A stretch of 8,897 bases of DNA from Nitrososphaerota archaeon (GCA_013306035.1 JABUBF010000009.1:1-8897); one strand, 5' to 3'; shown: positions 1 to 6,126, counted from the stretch's first letter. Notes: generated from the letters alone by a model not told the origin. Numbers and translations: made by a program.

Positions 1-72
1 CTGCATGAATAATTGGTTCTGGTTCTGCATGAATAATTGGTTCTGGTTCTGCATGAATAATTGGTTCTGGTT
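1..72 (-). repeat. Perfect in-frame 24-nt tandem repeat (3 copies visible, may continue left of the window) encoding EPEPIIHA
   Basis: ctgcatgaataattggttctggtt occurs identically at 1-24, 25-48 and 49-72. A degenerate partial copy follows at 73-90. The unit is 8 codons, so the frame is preserved. Confidence 0.9.
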
Positions 73-703
73 CTGCAACAGGTTCTGGTAATTTTGTTTC
101 TGTTTTATTATCAATAGATAACCAATTTAAAATATTTGCAATTTCATGGCGTTCAAGAGTATCTTTATCCATCATGTCTATTGTACTTTGACTTGCACGT
201 TTGAATGTTTCTCCATCTATTTCATCAGAATGATATTGAACTTTAAGTGTACTGAGGAATTTTTCAGTTGTTAATCTACTTGATTCAATATTACCAATTC
301 GGGTTTCTAATTTATCAATAATTGAACTACATGATGATTTTAGATTATCAATTTCACATTCGTATGACGATTTAAGATCTTCAAATGCGTGTTCTGGAAT
401 TTCTCCCTGAGCCCTTAATTTCTCTAAAACATGGGTACGTTTCTTTGCAATTTGGGTATTTTTCTTTAATTTATCAACATCTTCTTGCCATTCAGGTAAT
501 AAAATTATGGTTTCTGAACTACCATCAATAATAATCCGCTCTCGAGGATATTCAACAAATTGACCAGTTCCATGATCAACTCCTAAGCCTTTCATACTTC
601 CTGAACTATCTAATGAAAAGCCAATTACTTGACCTAAATTTCGACCATATGTATCTTTTACGGGTTTTTTTACTAATTTTTCTAGAGCTTGAGCATGCAT
701 CAT
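1..703 (-). CDS. cdvA: CdvA-like cell-division protein (PRC-barrel + coiled coil + P/E-rich tail); C-terminus cut by window edge
   Basis: Absent from the ORF track because it runs off the left edge. The reverse-strand frame is open from ATG-ATG (703..698) down to base 2, 234 codons with no stop. The translation begins MMHAQALEKLVKKPVKDTYGRNLGQVIGFSLDSSGSMKGLGVDHGTGQFVEYPRERIIIDGSSETIILLPEW, a PRC-barrel-like beta domain. About 130 aa of helical, heptad-like sequence follows (KLKKNTQIAKKRTHVLEKLRAQGEIPEHAFEDLKSSYECEIDNLKSS...), then KLPEPVAEPEPIIHA repeats. This domain order is that of CdvA in Cren-/Thaumarchaeota. The call rests on architecture, not on an alignment. Confidence 0.5.
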   Translation of the reverse strand, partial: MMHAQALEKLVKKPVKDTYGRNLGQVIGFSLDSSGSMKGLGVDHGTGQFVEYPRERIIIDGSSETIILLPEWQEDVDKLKKNTQIAKKRTHVLEKLRAQGEIPEHAFEDLKSSYECEIDNLKSSCSSIIDKLETRIGNIESSRLTTEKFLSTLKVQYHSDEIDGETFKRASQSTIDMMDKDTLERHEIANILNWLSIDNKTETKLPEPVAEPEPIIHAEPEPIIHAEPEPIIHA

Positions 704-832
704 AATATAATTACCTAATCTATCATACAATTCAGAGGCACTTATTAAATGATGTAAATTATTTTACCTAATCAGGTCAAAAATTATAGCTTCAACATAT
801 AGAATAAATAATTGAAATCACAGTGATTCATT

Positions 833-1741
833 GTGCAAAGCAGGTCAATTAGAAGTAAGATAGCAGACTATTATGAACTTACAAAACCAAATGTTTGGTG
901 GCTATTAGTATTCACCGCAATTGGAGCAATGATAAGAGCAGGAGGAGTAGGAGAGAAATTTTCTATTGAGATAGAAATAATAATTCTAGTTATTTTAGCA
1001 ACAACTTGTGGAACTGCTGGTGCAGAAGCAATATCAAATTACATAGATAGAGATATTGATGCATTAATGAAGAGAACGAAAAAAAGACCAATACCCACAG
1101 GAAGAATTAAAGCAACCAATTCATTAATATTTGGTTTAATATTAGCAACACTTGCAATTATTTTTTCATTTTCAATAGATTCTATAAACAACAATAGATC
1201 AATGCCAATAATTACATTCTTGATGGCATTTGGATTATTTGATTATGTAATAGTTTATAGTGCATACTTGAAAAGAAAGAGTTTTACAAATATTATTTTA
1301 GGAGGATTCTCTGGTGCAATGCCTGCATTAATAGGATATACGGCAGTTTCAAGGATTATCACTACAGAAGGGTTATTAATTTCAGCTCTTGTGTTCATAT
1401 GGATACCCGCGCACATTTGGAGTTTATCGTTAAGATTTAAAGAGGATTATTCTAAAGCAAACATACCAATGTTGCCAATTATTGTTAGTCTAAAAACATC
1501 AATAAGACTAATTGCATTAAGTTCTATTATATTAATTATATTTTCGCTAATGCTTTATGAAATTGGAATAATTTATTCAATAGCTGCAATAATTAGTGGA
1601 GCAATTGTATTATTTGCAAGTATAAAATTACTTCTTGAACCAACTCAAGAAAGAGCTTGGACATTATTCAAAATATCAAGTCCATATTTAGCAATATTAT
1701 TCATTGCAATGATATTAGATGTTATAATTAATTCAATATAG
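833..1741 (+). CDS. ctaB: Protoheme IX farnesyltransferase (heme O synthase), UbiA family
   Basis: Polytopic membrane protein carrying the family motifs YYELTKPNVWWLLVFT and NYIDRDIDALMKRTKKRPIPTG (Asp-rich prenyl-diphosphate site), plus a later ...PAHIWSLSL... region. The start is GTG at 833. The first in-frame ATG (residue 33) would remove the conserved ELTKP segment. Confidence 0.85.
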   Translation: MQSRSIRSKIADYYELTKPNVWWLLVFTAIGAMIRAGGVGEKFSIEIEIIILVILATTCGTAGAEAISNYIDRDIDALMKRTKKRPIPTGRIKATNSLIFGLILATLAIIFSFSIDSINNNRSMPIITFLMAFGLFDYVIVYSAYLKRKSFTNIILGGFSGAMPALIGYTAVSRIITTEGLLISALVFIWIPAHIWSLSLRFKEDYSKANIPMLPIIVSLKTSIRLIALSSIILIIFSLMLYEIGIIYSIAAIISGAIVLFASIKLLLEPTQERAWTLFKISSPYLAILFIAMILDVIINSI

Positions 1742-1742
1742 A

Positions 1743-2006
1743 CTATAGTGAATCTTTAATTAAATTTTTTAATTCTTCGTCAGTTTTACCTTCAGCATCA
1801 ATTCCTAATTCTTTTGCAGCTTTTTCCAGTTCAACTCTTGATTTTGAACCAGATTCAGGTTCAAAATCAGCTTTTCCTTTCTCAAATTCACCTTTAGATC
1901 TACCCAAGGAACGTGCTAATTCGGGTAACTTTTTTGCTCCAAATAACACCATAATGATTAATGCAACAATAAGAATTTCAGAACCGCCAAGACCAGGTAA
2001 TACCAT
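1743..2006 (-). CDS. tatA: Twin-arginine translocase subunit TatA/E
   Basis: MVLPGLGGSEILIVALIIMVLFGAKKLPELARSLGRSKGEFEKGK shows a short N-terminus, a single TM helix, an FG hinge and an amphipathic helix, followed by an acidic tail. The length (87 aa) is typical. Confidence 0.85.
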   Translation of the reverse strand: MVLPGLGGSEILIVALIIMVLFGAKKLPELARSLGRSKGEFEKGKADFEPESGSKSRVELEKAAKELGIDAEGKTDEELKNLIKDSL

Positions 2007-2051
2007 AAGTTAAGTATAAATAATTAGAATTTATCTTTTTCTAATTAACAA

Positions 2052-2807
2052 TTAACTAAACATGCTTTTATTTTTCGGCATAATTAGTAATTTAGAATTT
2101 TTTGAACTAATTTGAAAATCATAACCACGAATCAAGGCAATAGGAGATTTATTAGTTTTACCTAATACTAATTCTGCAGAAGAAGCCAATTCATCAGCTA
2201 CTGCAATTGAGGTAACATTAATATTTTTTTTAAATGAATCTTTTTTTCCCTTATAATTTAATAATGGACTAATACCTGAAACTCCAATAGCAACATCGAT
2301 TTGACCTGAACGAAATGGTCTTCCAAAAGTATCAGAAATAATAACTCCAAGCTTAACATTAAATTCACGTTCCAATGCTATACGAATTTTTTTTGCTGAT
2401 TTATCAGGATTAATTGGCAATAGACAAAAATAATTCGGTGGAATATTTGATTGATCTATACCAGAATTAGCACAAATAAAACCATGATTAGTTTCAGTAA
2501 TAATTACTCCATGTTTCTTTTTAATAATTCTTTGACTTTCATCTAAAATTAATTGAGTTAGAACAGAACTTTTACCAATTTGTTTAGATAATTTTTTAGC
2601 AGATTGAGTAGGAATAATATTATTTTTATGAACAAGCCTATTTTCAGATTTTGAAATGATCTTTTGTGTTATCACTAAAACATCCTTATTTTTTAATTTT
2701 AAACGATTTTTTTTCAATGCATGAATAATAATTTTAGAAAGATTATCATTTGATTGTATTTCAGGAACATTTGATATATTTTTTATTATAATGTCGCTAG
2801 ATGGCAT
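2052..2807 (-). CDS. cofE: Coenzyme F420-0:L-glutamate ligase (F420 gamma-glutamyl ligase)
   Basis: Collinear motif matches to archaeal CofE as I recall it: DVLVITQKIISKSENR, GFICANSGIDQSN, LGVIISDTFGRPFRSGQIDVAIGVSGI, SIAVADELASSAELVLGK, PIALIRGY. The ATG at 2807 lies 6 nt after the upstream stop. Confidence 0.9.
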   Translation of the reverse strand: MPSSDIIIKNISNVPEIQSNDNLSKIIIHALKKNRLKLKNKDVLVITQKIISKSENRLVHKNNIIPTQSAKKLSKQIGKSSVLTQLILDESQRIIKKKHGVIITETNHGFICANSGIDQSNIPPNYFCLLPINPDKSAKKIRIALEREFNVKLGVIISDTFGRPFRSGQIDVAIGVSGISPLLNYKGKKDSFKKNINVTSIAVADELASSAELVLGKTNKSPIALIRGYDFQISSKNSKLLIMPKNKSMFS

Positions 2808-2813
2808 AATGTA

Positions 2814-3998
2814 TCAAGAATATTTTAGATTACGTTTATCAATAAATGTTTGATATGAATAAGGATCTAATTTTTTCTGTAATGTTTTATTAATTTGTAC
2901 AATAAGATTAAGACCATGAAACGTTATTCCGCTATATAATTCAATAAAAGAAGCGCCTTTATTTATTAAAGACCAGGCTTTTTCTCCAGTATCTACTCCT
3001 CCACATGCAATAATAAACAATTTAGGATATTTTTTATGAACTGATTCAACTAATTTTTCAGTATATGGATACAAGGGATTTCCACTTAATCCTCCTCTTG
3101 TATTATTAAAATTTGAGATATTATATGTATTCTTAACATCAATTGACAAACTATTATTCAATACAACCATGTTTCCGCCAGAATCATTAAATTTTTTAAT
3201 TATTTCAAATTTACTTTTTGATTCATTTTCAGATGGAGATAATGATGAATAAGGAGAAACTTTTAGAATTTTTATCTTTGTTGGAGCATGAGAATTTAAT
3301 ATTGACATTAAACTAGCCGTAATTTCAGAGGTTTGTATCAATTTATTATATTCAGTATTAGGTGAACTTCTACTATCTTCATAACCATCAACGTATTCAT
3401 GTGTAGATTTAATAATTGTTTCAGAATTATCTAGAAAATCATCAATAGATTTATTTTCGGACATGCCTGAAAAGCTTAAAATTAGTTTTGATTTACTATT
3501 TCTATTTTTAGAATATTTCTTCAATTGATTAAGGGTATAATCAAGACCTTCACTTGGATATCCTTGTGAGTTAATAATTGATTTATTTTTACTATTTACG
3601 ATAACTCGTATTTTGCCATCAAGTGGTTTTTGAATATTTCCCAGATGTTTATTTTTAAGTATAGTACCAACGGTAACAAGACCGAATATGTATGACATTG
3701 GGACAAATAAATCACAATTTTTATCAAAACCAGAAGCTAATCCAATAGGATTTGGAAATTGATATGAATTTAATTTAATTGAATTAGATTTATCTGATTG
3801 AAAATAATCAAAATGATTTTTGAAGCTATTAGACATAGATAGTAAATGTTTTTTTGACTTTTCATGAATCAATTCTGCTTGTGAAAGACTTTCAGAATCA
3901 TTATAACGCCAATATAGATATTGTCTATATAAAGCAAATAAAACAGGATTTAAACTTGCACTAACAAGATTAAACCTATTCATAATTTTTTTTATCAT
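2814..3998 (-). CDS. pyrD: Class-2 dihydroorotate dehydrogenase-like FMN oxidoreductase (divergent PyrD homologue)
   Basis: DHODH motifs occur in order: AELIHEKSKKHL (N-terminal helical domain), FPNPIGLASGFDKN, VTVGT, INSQGYPSEG, SSPNT, LKVSP, GGLSGNPLYPYT, IIACGGVDTGEKAWSLINKGASFIELYSG. The ORF track opens it at a TTG (4031) that overlaps the upstream gene. I prefer the ATG at 3998 (MIKKIMNRF...) or 3983 (MNRF...). Several substrate-contact positions look substituted (see findings), so the pyrD symbol is provisional. Confidence 0.6.
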   Translation of the reverse strand: MIKKIMNRFNLVSASLNPVLFALYRQYLYWRYNDSESLSQAELIHEKSKKHLLSMSNSFKNHFDYFQSDKSNSIKLNSYQFPNPIGLASGFDKNCDLFVPMSYIFGLVTVGTILKNKHLGNIQKPLDGKIRVIVNSKNKSIINSQGYPSEGLDYTLNQLKKYSKNRNSKSKLILSFSGMSENKSIDDFLDNSETIIKSTHEYVDGYEDSRSSPNTEYNKLIQTSEITASLMSILNSHAPTKIKILKVSPYSSLSPSENESKSKFEIIKKFNDSGGNMVVLNNSLSIDVKNTYNISNFNNTRGGLSGNPLYPYTEKLVESVHKKYPKLFIIACGGVDTGEKAWSLINKGASFIELYSGITFHGLNLIVQINKTLQKKLDPYSYQTFIDKRNLKYS

Positions 3999-4020
3999 AA
4001 AATAGTATAAGAATTCAACC

Positions 4021-4401
4021 TTAATAGACAAAAATTACGTCATTTTTATCAATTAATGATGAGACTTCATTATTAGTAATTATCGTAATACCTTTGTCGA
4101 TATTTTGTTCAGAAATAATAGAATCTTCAATATCTTCTTTTATGGCATATACTTGTCCATTAATCTGATCGGAGATCCATTCCCACGAAGCATTATATTC
4201 TGATTCAGGAAAATCATTTTTCCAGTTGGATGAAACAAGATAATTAACAGCGCTTTTTCGTAATAAAAATGATAAGCTCATACCGCCTTCAAGTCCCAAT
4301 AATAATGTAAGGCCATTTGGATCAATAGAATCAGTAGTTAGAATTGTAGGTTCATTATATATTATCAATATATTTTTTGTATGGGCAGTTTTGTGATGCA
4401 A
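4021..4401 (-). CDS. DsrE/DsrF/DsrH-fold family protein, cysteine-free
   Basis: 126 aa. N-terminal NILIIYNEP... is followed by LLLGLEGGMSLSFLLRKSAVNYL, and the C-terminus is ...VYAIKEDIEDSIISEQNIDKGITIITNNEVSSLIDKNDVIFVY. This resembles the beta-alpha-beta layout and C-terminal ending of DsrE/TusB-type proteins. The only start at the 5' end is TTG (4401) and there is no Cys anywhere. The gene abuts the DHODH-like gene, suggesting an operon. Fold assignment is by eye only. Confidence 0.4.
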   Translation of the reverse strand: MHHKTAHTKNILIIYNEPTILTTDSIDPNGLTLLLGLEGGMSLSFLLRKSAVNYLVSSNWKNDFPESEYNASWEWISDQINGQVYAIKEDIEDSIISEQNIDKGITIITNNEVSSLIDKNDVIFVY

Positions 4402-4425
4402 TATAAGAATTCAATAAGATACTTA

Positions 4426-4437
4426 CATAAATATATA
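4426..4437. promoter_or_regulatory. TATA-like element (ATAAATATATAA) in the 48-bp divergent spacer between the two DsrE-fold genes
   Basis: This is the only strong TATA-like run between 4402 and 4449. It lies about 13-30 nt from either start, which fits short or leaderless archaeal transcripts. The call is positional only. Confidence 0.3.
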
Positions 4438-4449
4438 ACGAATAAATCA

Positions 4450-4869
4450 ATGATAAATAATATGAATAAGAATTCAGTTTGTATATTTGCAGAATCAGGC
4501 GAATACGTAAAATTTCACAATTTATTATCCATATCAATGGCAGCTATAGTAAATGATATGGAGGTAAGTATATTCTTTTCATATAGTGCATTAGAGAGAT
4601 TAAAAAAAGATAATATGAATAATACAGTATTTAATGATGATAATTTAAAAAAGAAATTTATAAAATCAATAAATTCAAAAAAAATTCAGAATATTGAACA
4701 AATGATAAAGACATTAAAAGAAACAGAATTAGTAAAATTTTATGCATGTAGTGCGTCACTAAGCATTATGGAAATTGAAATGGATGAACTATTTGCAATT
4801 GATGGAATTATGGGATTATCAACTTTCTTGAATAAAGTAGAAAAAGCTTCAATAGTATTGTATATATAA
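4450..4869 (+). CDS. DsrE/DsrF-like family protein (COG2210-type, conserved Cys)
   Basis: NSVCIFAESGEYVKFHNLLSISMAAIVNDMEVSIFFSYSALERLKK ... ELVKFYACSASLSIMEIEMDELFAIDGIMGLSTFLNKVEKASIVLYI matches the two conserved blocks of this family, including the ACS cysteine and the C-terminal hydrophobic ending. The ORF opens at ATG 4381, but that extension overlaps the divergent gene. ATG 4450 (MINNMNKNS...) or 4462 is more plausible. Confidence 0.65.
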   Translation: MINNMNKNSVCIFAESGEYVKFHNLLSISMAAIVNDMEVSIFFSYSALERLKKDNMNNTVFNDDNLKKKFIKSINSKKIQNIEQMIKTLKETELVKFYACSASLSIMEIEMDELFAIDGIMGLSTFLNKVEKASIVLYI

Positions 4870-4874
4870 TTAAC

Positions 4875-4908
4875 AAAAAAAATAGGGCAATAAATATATT
4901 ACTTGCCC
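4875..4908 (-). terminator. Hairpin plus T8 tract downstream of alba (between convergent genes)
   Basis: Inverted repeat GGGCAA (4885-4890) / TTGCCC (4903-4908) with a 12-nt loop; the right arm overlaps the last alba codons. A8 at 4875-4882 reads as T8 on the minus strand immediately after the hairpin. Oligo-T tracts are the usual archaeal termination signal. Confidence 0.45.
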
Positions 4909-5417
4909 ATTTCTATTTCGATTGAACTTACATTACTTAATTCATTAGTTTCTCGATTAGGAACTTTTTCAGTAGCAATGCTTATACTTTTAACAGTAAT
5001 ACCTTGTGTAAATCTACGTGATAATATTTGTGAGACATCAACTGCAGTACTAATACTTCTTCCACGAGCTTTTATTGATACTGTATCCGAGCCACTTTGA
5101 AGTATAGTCATACATGCCAATACATAATTCATTACACGTTTCTTACCAACGTAAATTGTATTAGGGTCACGTGGAGGTTCATTAGAAGCCGTACTACTTG
5201 CTTCATTAGAAGCCGTACTACTTGCTTCATTAGAAGCCGTACTACTTGCTTCATTAGAAGCCGTACTACTTGCTTCAGTAGAAGCCGTATTGCTTACTTC
5301 ATTTGATGTATCTACATCAGTTGTTTCAGGAGTGGTTGCTTCAGTTGTTGATGGAGCATCCTGATCAACAGGGGGTTGTGTTTCTTCATTATTAGTTTGA
5401 TTGGATTCTTCAGTCAT
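4899..5417 (-). CDS. albA: Alba (Sac10b) chromatin/RNA-binding protein with ~85-aa acidic Ser/Thr-rich N-terminal extension
   Basis: The C-terminal ~87 aa read NTIYVGKKRVMNYVLACMTILQSGSDTVSIKARGRSISTAVDVSQILSRRFTQGITVKSISIATEKV...VSSIEIEMGK, an Alba-domain pattern (IG.KPVMNYV...ARG.AI..AVDVAE...). Residues 1-84 are low-complexity and contain repeated ASNEASST units. Confidence 0.85.
   Translation of the reverse strand: MTEESNQTNNEETQPPVDQDAPSTTEATTPETTDVDTSNEVSNTASTEASSTASNEASSTASNEASSTASNEASSTASNEPPRDPNTIYVGKKRVMNYVLACMTILQSGSDTVSIKARGRSISTAVDVSQILSRRFTQGITVKSISIATEKVPNRETNELSNVSSIEIEMGK
5180..5299 (-). repeat. In-frame 24-nt tandem repeat, 4 perfect copies + 1 degenerate, encoding (A)SNEASST units
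   Basis: cattagaagccgtactacttgctt occurs identically at 5180-5203, 5204-5227, 5228-5251 and 5252-5275. A diverged copy, cagtagaagccgtattgcttactt, lies at 5276-5299. Confidence 0.9.
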
Positions 5418-5528
5418 TTAATTCACTTATAGTATAATTTGTTCTAAATAATTATAAATTTTACGCATGATTATGATTAATTGTAGAATATCCAATATAC
5501 TTCAATAGTAGAATTTGCATAAACTATT

Positions 5529-5756
5529 ATGAATAAAGCATTTGTTTTATTGAATGTGAAATCAGGTTATGAAGACAGTATTAAAGATGCATTAAAAAAA
5601 ATAAGAGGTGTTACAATATCACATGCAATATATGGAAAATATGACTTTATGATAACAATGGAGTCTTCCACTCAAGACGAGTTAAAAATAGACATATTTG
5701 CTTTAAGAAAAATGACAGGGGTAACTTCCACTCTAAGTATGATAGTAATAGAGTAA
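5529..5756 (+). CDS. Stand-alone Lrp/AsnC ligand-binding (RAM) domain protein
   Basis: 75 aa: MNKAFVLLNVKSGYEDSIKDALKKIRGVTISHAIYGKYDFMITMESSTQDELKIDIFALRKMTGVTSTLSMIVIE. It follows the beta-alpha-beta-beta-alpha-beta RAM pattern (AFVLI.V......V...L..I.GV.....TG.YD......L......I....GV..T.T..V). There is no HTH domain. Confidence 0.7.
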   Translation: MNKAFVLLNVKSGYEDSIKDALKKIRGVTISHAIYGKYDFMITMESSTQDELKIDIFALRKMTGVTSTLSMIVIE

Positions 5757-5772
5757 ATTTCCGTAAGGTTCA

Positions 5773-5778
5773 TATAAA
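5773..5778 (+). promoter_or_regulatory. TATA box (TATAAA) ~25 nt upstream of the L40e ATG
   Basis: TATAAA at 5773-5778, with the ATG at 5801. The spacing fits a leaderless or near-leaderless archaeal mRNA. The call is positional only. Confidence 0.35.
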
Positions 5779-5800
5779 GAAGACAACTTATCAAAATAAC

Positions 5801-5971
5801 ATGCCTATTACTGATTTAGAAAAGAAACAATTAGCGCAAAAAAGAAGACTTTTCTTTAAGATTTGTTTGAAATGTGGTGGAAAGAATCCAATTACAGCAA
5901 CAAGATGTAGAAAATGTAAAAAGAAAGATCTAAGATTAAAGAACCGTTCAGTAGGCGTCAAGAAAGGATAG
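5801..5971 (+). CDS. rpl40e: 50S ribosomal protein L40e (eL40)
   Basis: Not in the ORF track (56 aa). The translation is MPITDLEKKQLAQKRRLFFKICLKCGGKNPITATRCRKCKKKDLRLKNRSVGVKKG, ending in TAG at 5969-5971. It has the CxxC...CxxC zinc ribbon and the MP.TD...Q.....F.K.C.KCG..NP..A..CR.C....LR.K pattern of archaeal L40e. Confidence 0.9.
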   Translation: MPITDLEKKQLAQKRRLFFKICLKCGGKNPITATRCRKCKKKDLRLKNRSVGVKKG

Positions 5972-5977
5972 TTAAAT

Positions 5978-5988
5978 AATTTTTAAAA
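5978..5988. terminator. Shared oligo-T/oligo-A tract between convergent rpl40e and tRNA-Val
   Basis: aatttttaaaa contains T5 on the + strand (5980-5984), 9 nt after the L40e stop. It also contains T4 on the - strand (5985-5988), directly after the tRNA-Val discriminator base. Confidence 0.3.
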
Positions 5989-6096
5989 TGGGCCGGGAGA
6001 GATTTGAACTCTCGATCACCGCTGTTTGCCCAATATAATTTGTGAGAGCGGCATCTTAACCAGATTATCCGAAATTAGTCGCTAGACTACCGGCCC
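5989..6096 (-). tRNA. tRNA-Val (anticodon CAC) with two introns (D-loop and anticodon loop)
   Basis: Minus-strand read: acceptor GGGCCGG/CCGGCCC plus discriminator A, and D-stem GTCT/AGAT enclosing 27 nt. That is a normal loop of roughly AGC..CTGGTTA plus a ~17-nt insert near 6064-6080. Anticodon stem CCGCT/AGCGG encloses 23 nt: loop C-T-CAC-A plus a ~16-nt insert near 6025-6040. The anticodon is at 6042-6044. Variable region TGATC; T-arm GAGAG-TTCAAAT-CTCTC. Total length is 108 nt, 75 nt without the inserts. Confidence 0.85.
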
Positions 6097-6119
6097 AATT
6101 TACTAAGTATTGTGAACTC

Positions 6120-6126
6120 TATATTA
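6120..6126. promoter_or_regulatory. Single central TATA-like element (TATATTA) in the 53-bp spacer between the divergent tRNA genes
   Basis: It is centred at 6123, 27 nt from tRNA-Val position +1 (6096) and 27 nt from tRNA-Gln position +1 (6150). Archaeal TATA boxes sit at about -26/-27. Confidence 0.4.

Noticed and set aside
1-72. Regular 24-nt repeats (also at 5180-5299) as a possible CRISPR array
   Set aside because: The units are directly abutting with no spacers. They are in frame inside long ORFs and encode repetitive peptides. No cas genes or leader are present.
741-832. Possible C/D-box sRNA (AATGATGT C-box-like at 748-755, GTGATTC further on)
   Set aside because: No CTGA D or D' box lies at an appropriate distance, and there is no terminal stem. 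The match to RUGAUGA is imperfect.
2022-2046. Inverted repeat AATTAGAA / TTCTAATT with a 9-nt loop between cofE and tatA
   Set aside because: The stem is almost entirely A/T and only 8 bp long, so it is thermodynamically weak and easily arises by chance in this composition. No adjacent oligo-T tract lies on the transcribed strand.
3999-4031. TTG-initiated 11-codon extension of the DHODH-like ORF overlapping the upstream gene
   Set aside because: ATG codons at 3998 and 3983 give a conventional start without overlap. The extension (MSIKVEFLYYF) adds nothing recognisable. It is not excluded, only less likely.
4381-4449. Upstream extension of the + strand DsrE-like ORF (MGSFVMQYKNSIRYLHKYITNKS)
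   Set aside because: It would overlap the start of the divergent gene and leave no promoter space. The family-like sequence begins only after the Met at 4450.
4355-4537. 60-aa minus-strand ORF spanning the DsrE-gene spacer
   Set aside because: It overlaps both flanking genes and the putative promoter, and is very I/L/Y/S-rich as expected from random AT-rich DNA. No motif supports it.
4903-5306. Two + strand ORFs (4903..5100, 5097..5306; the latter with RSRTTCFI repeats)
   Set aside because: Both lie antisense to alba and are kept open by the tandem repeat and AT-poor codons. They show no recognisable fold. The Alba domain on the minus strand is unambiguous.
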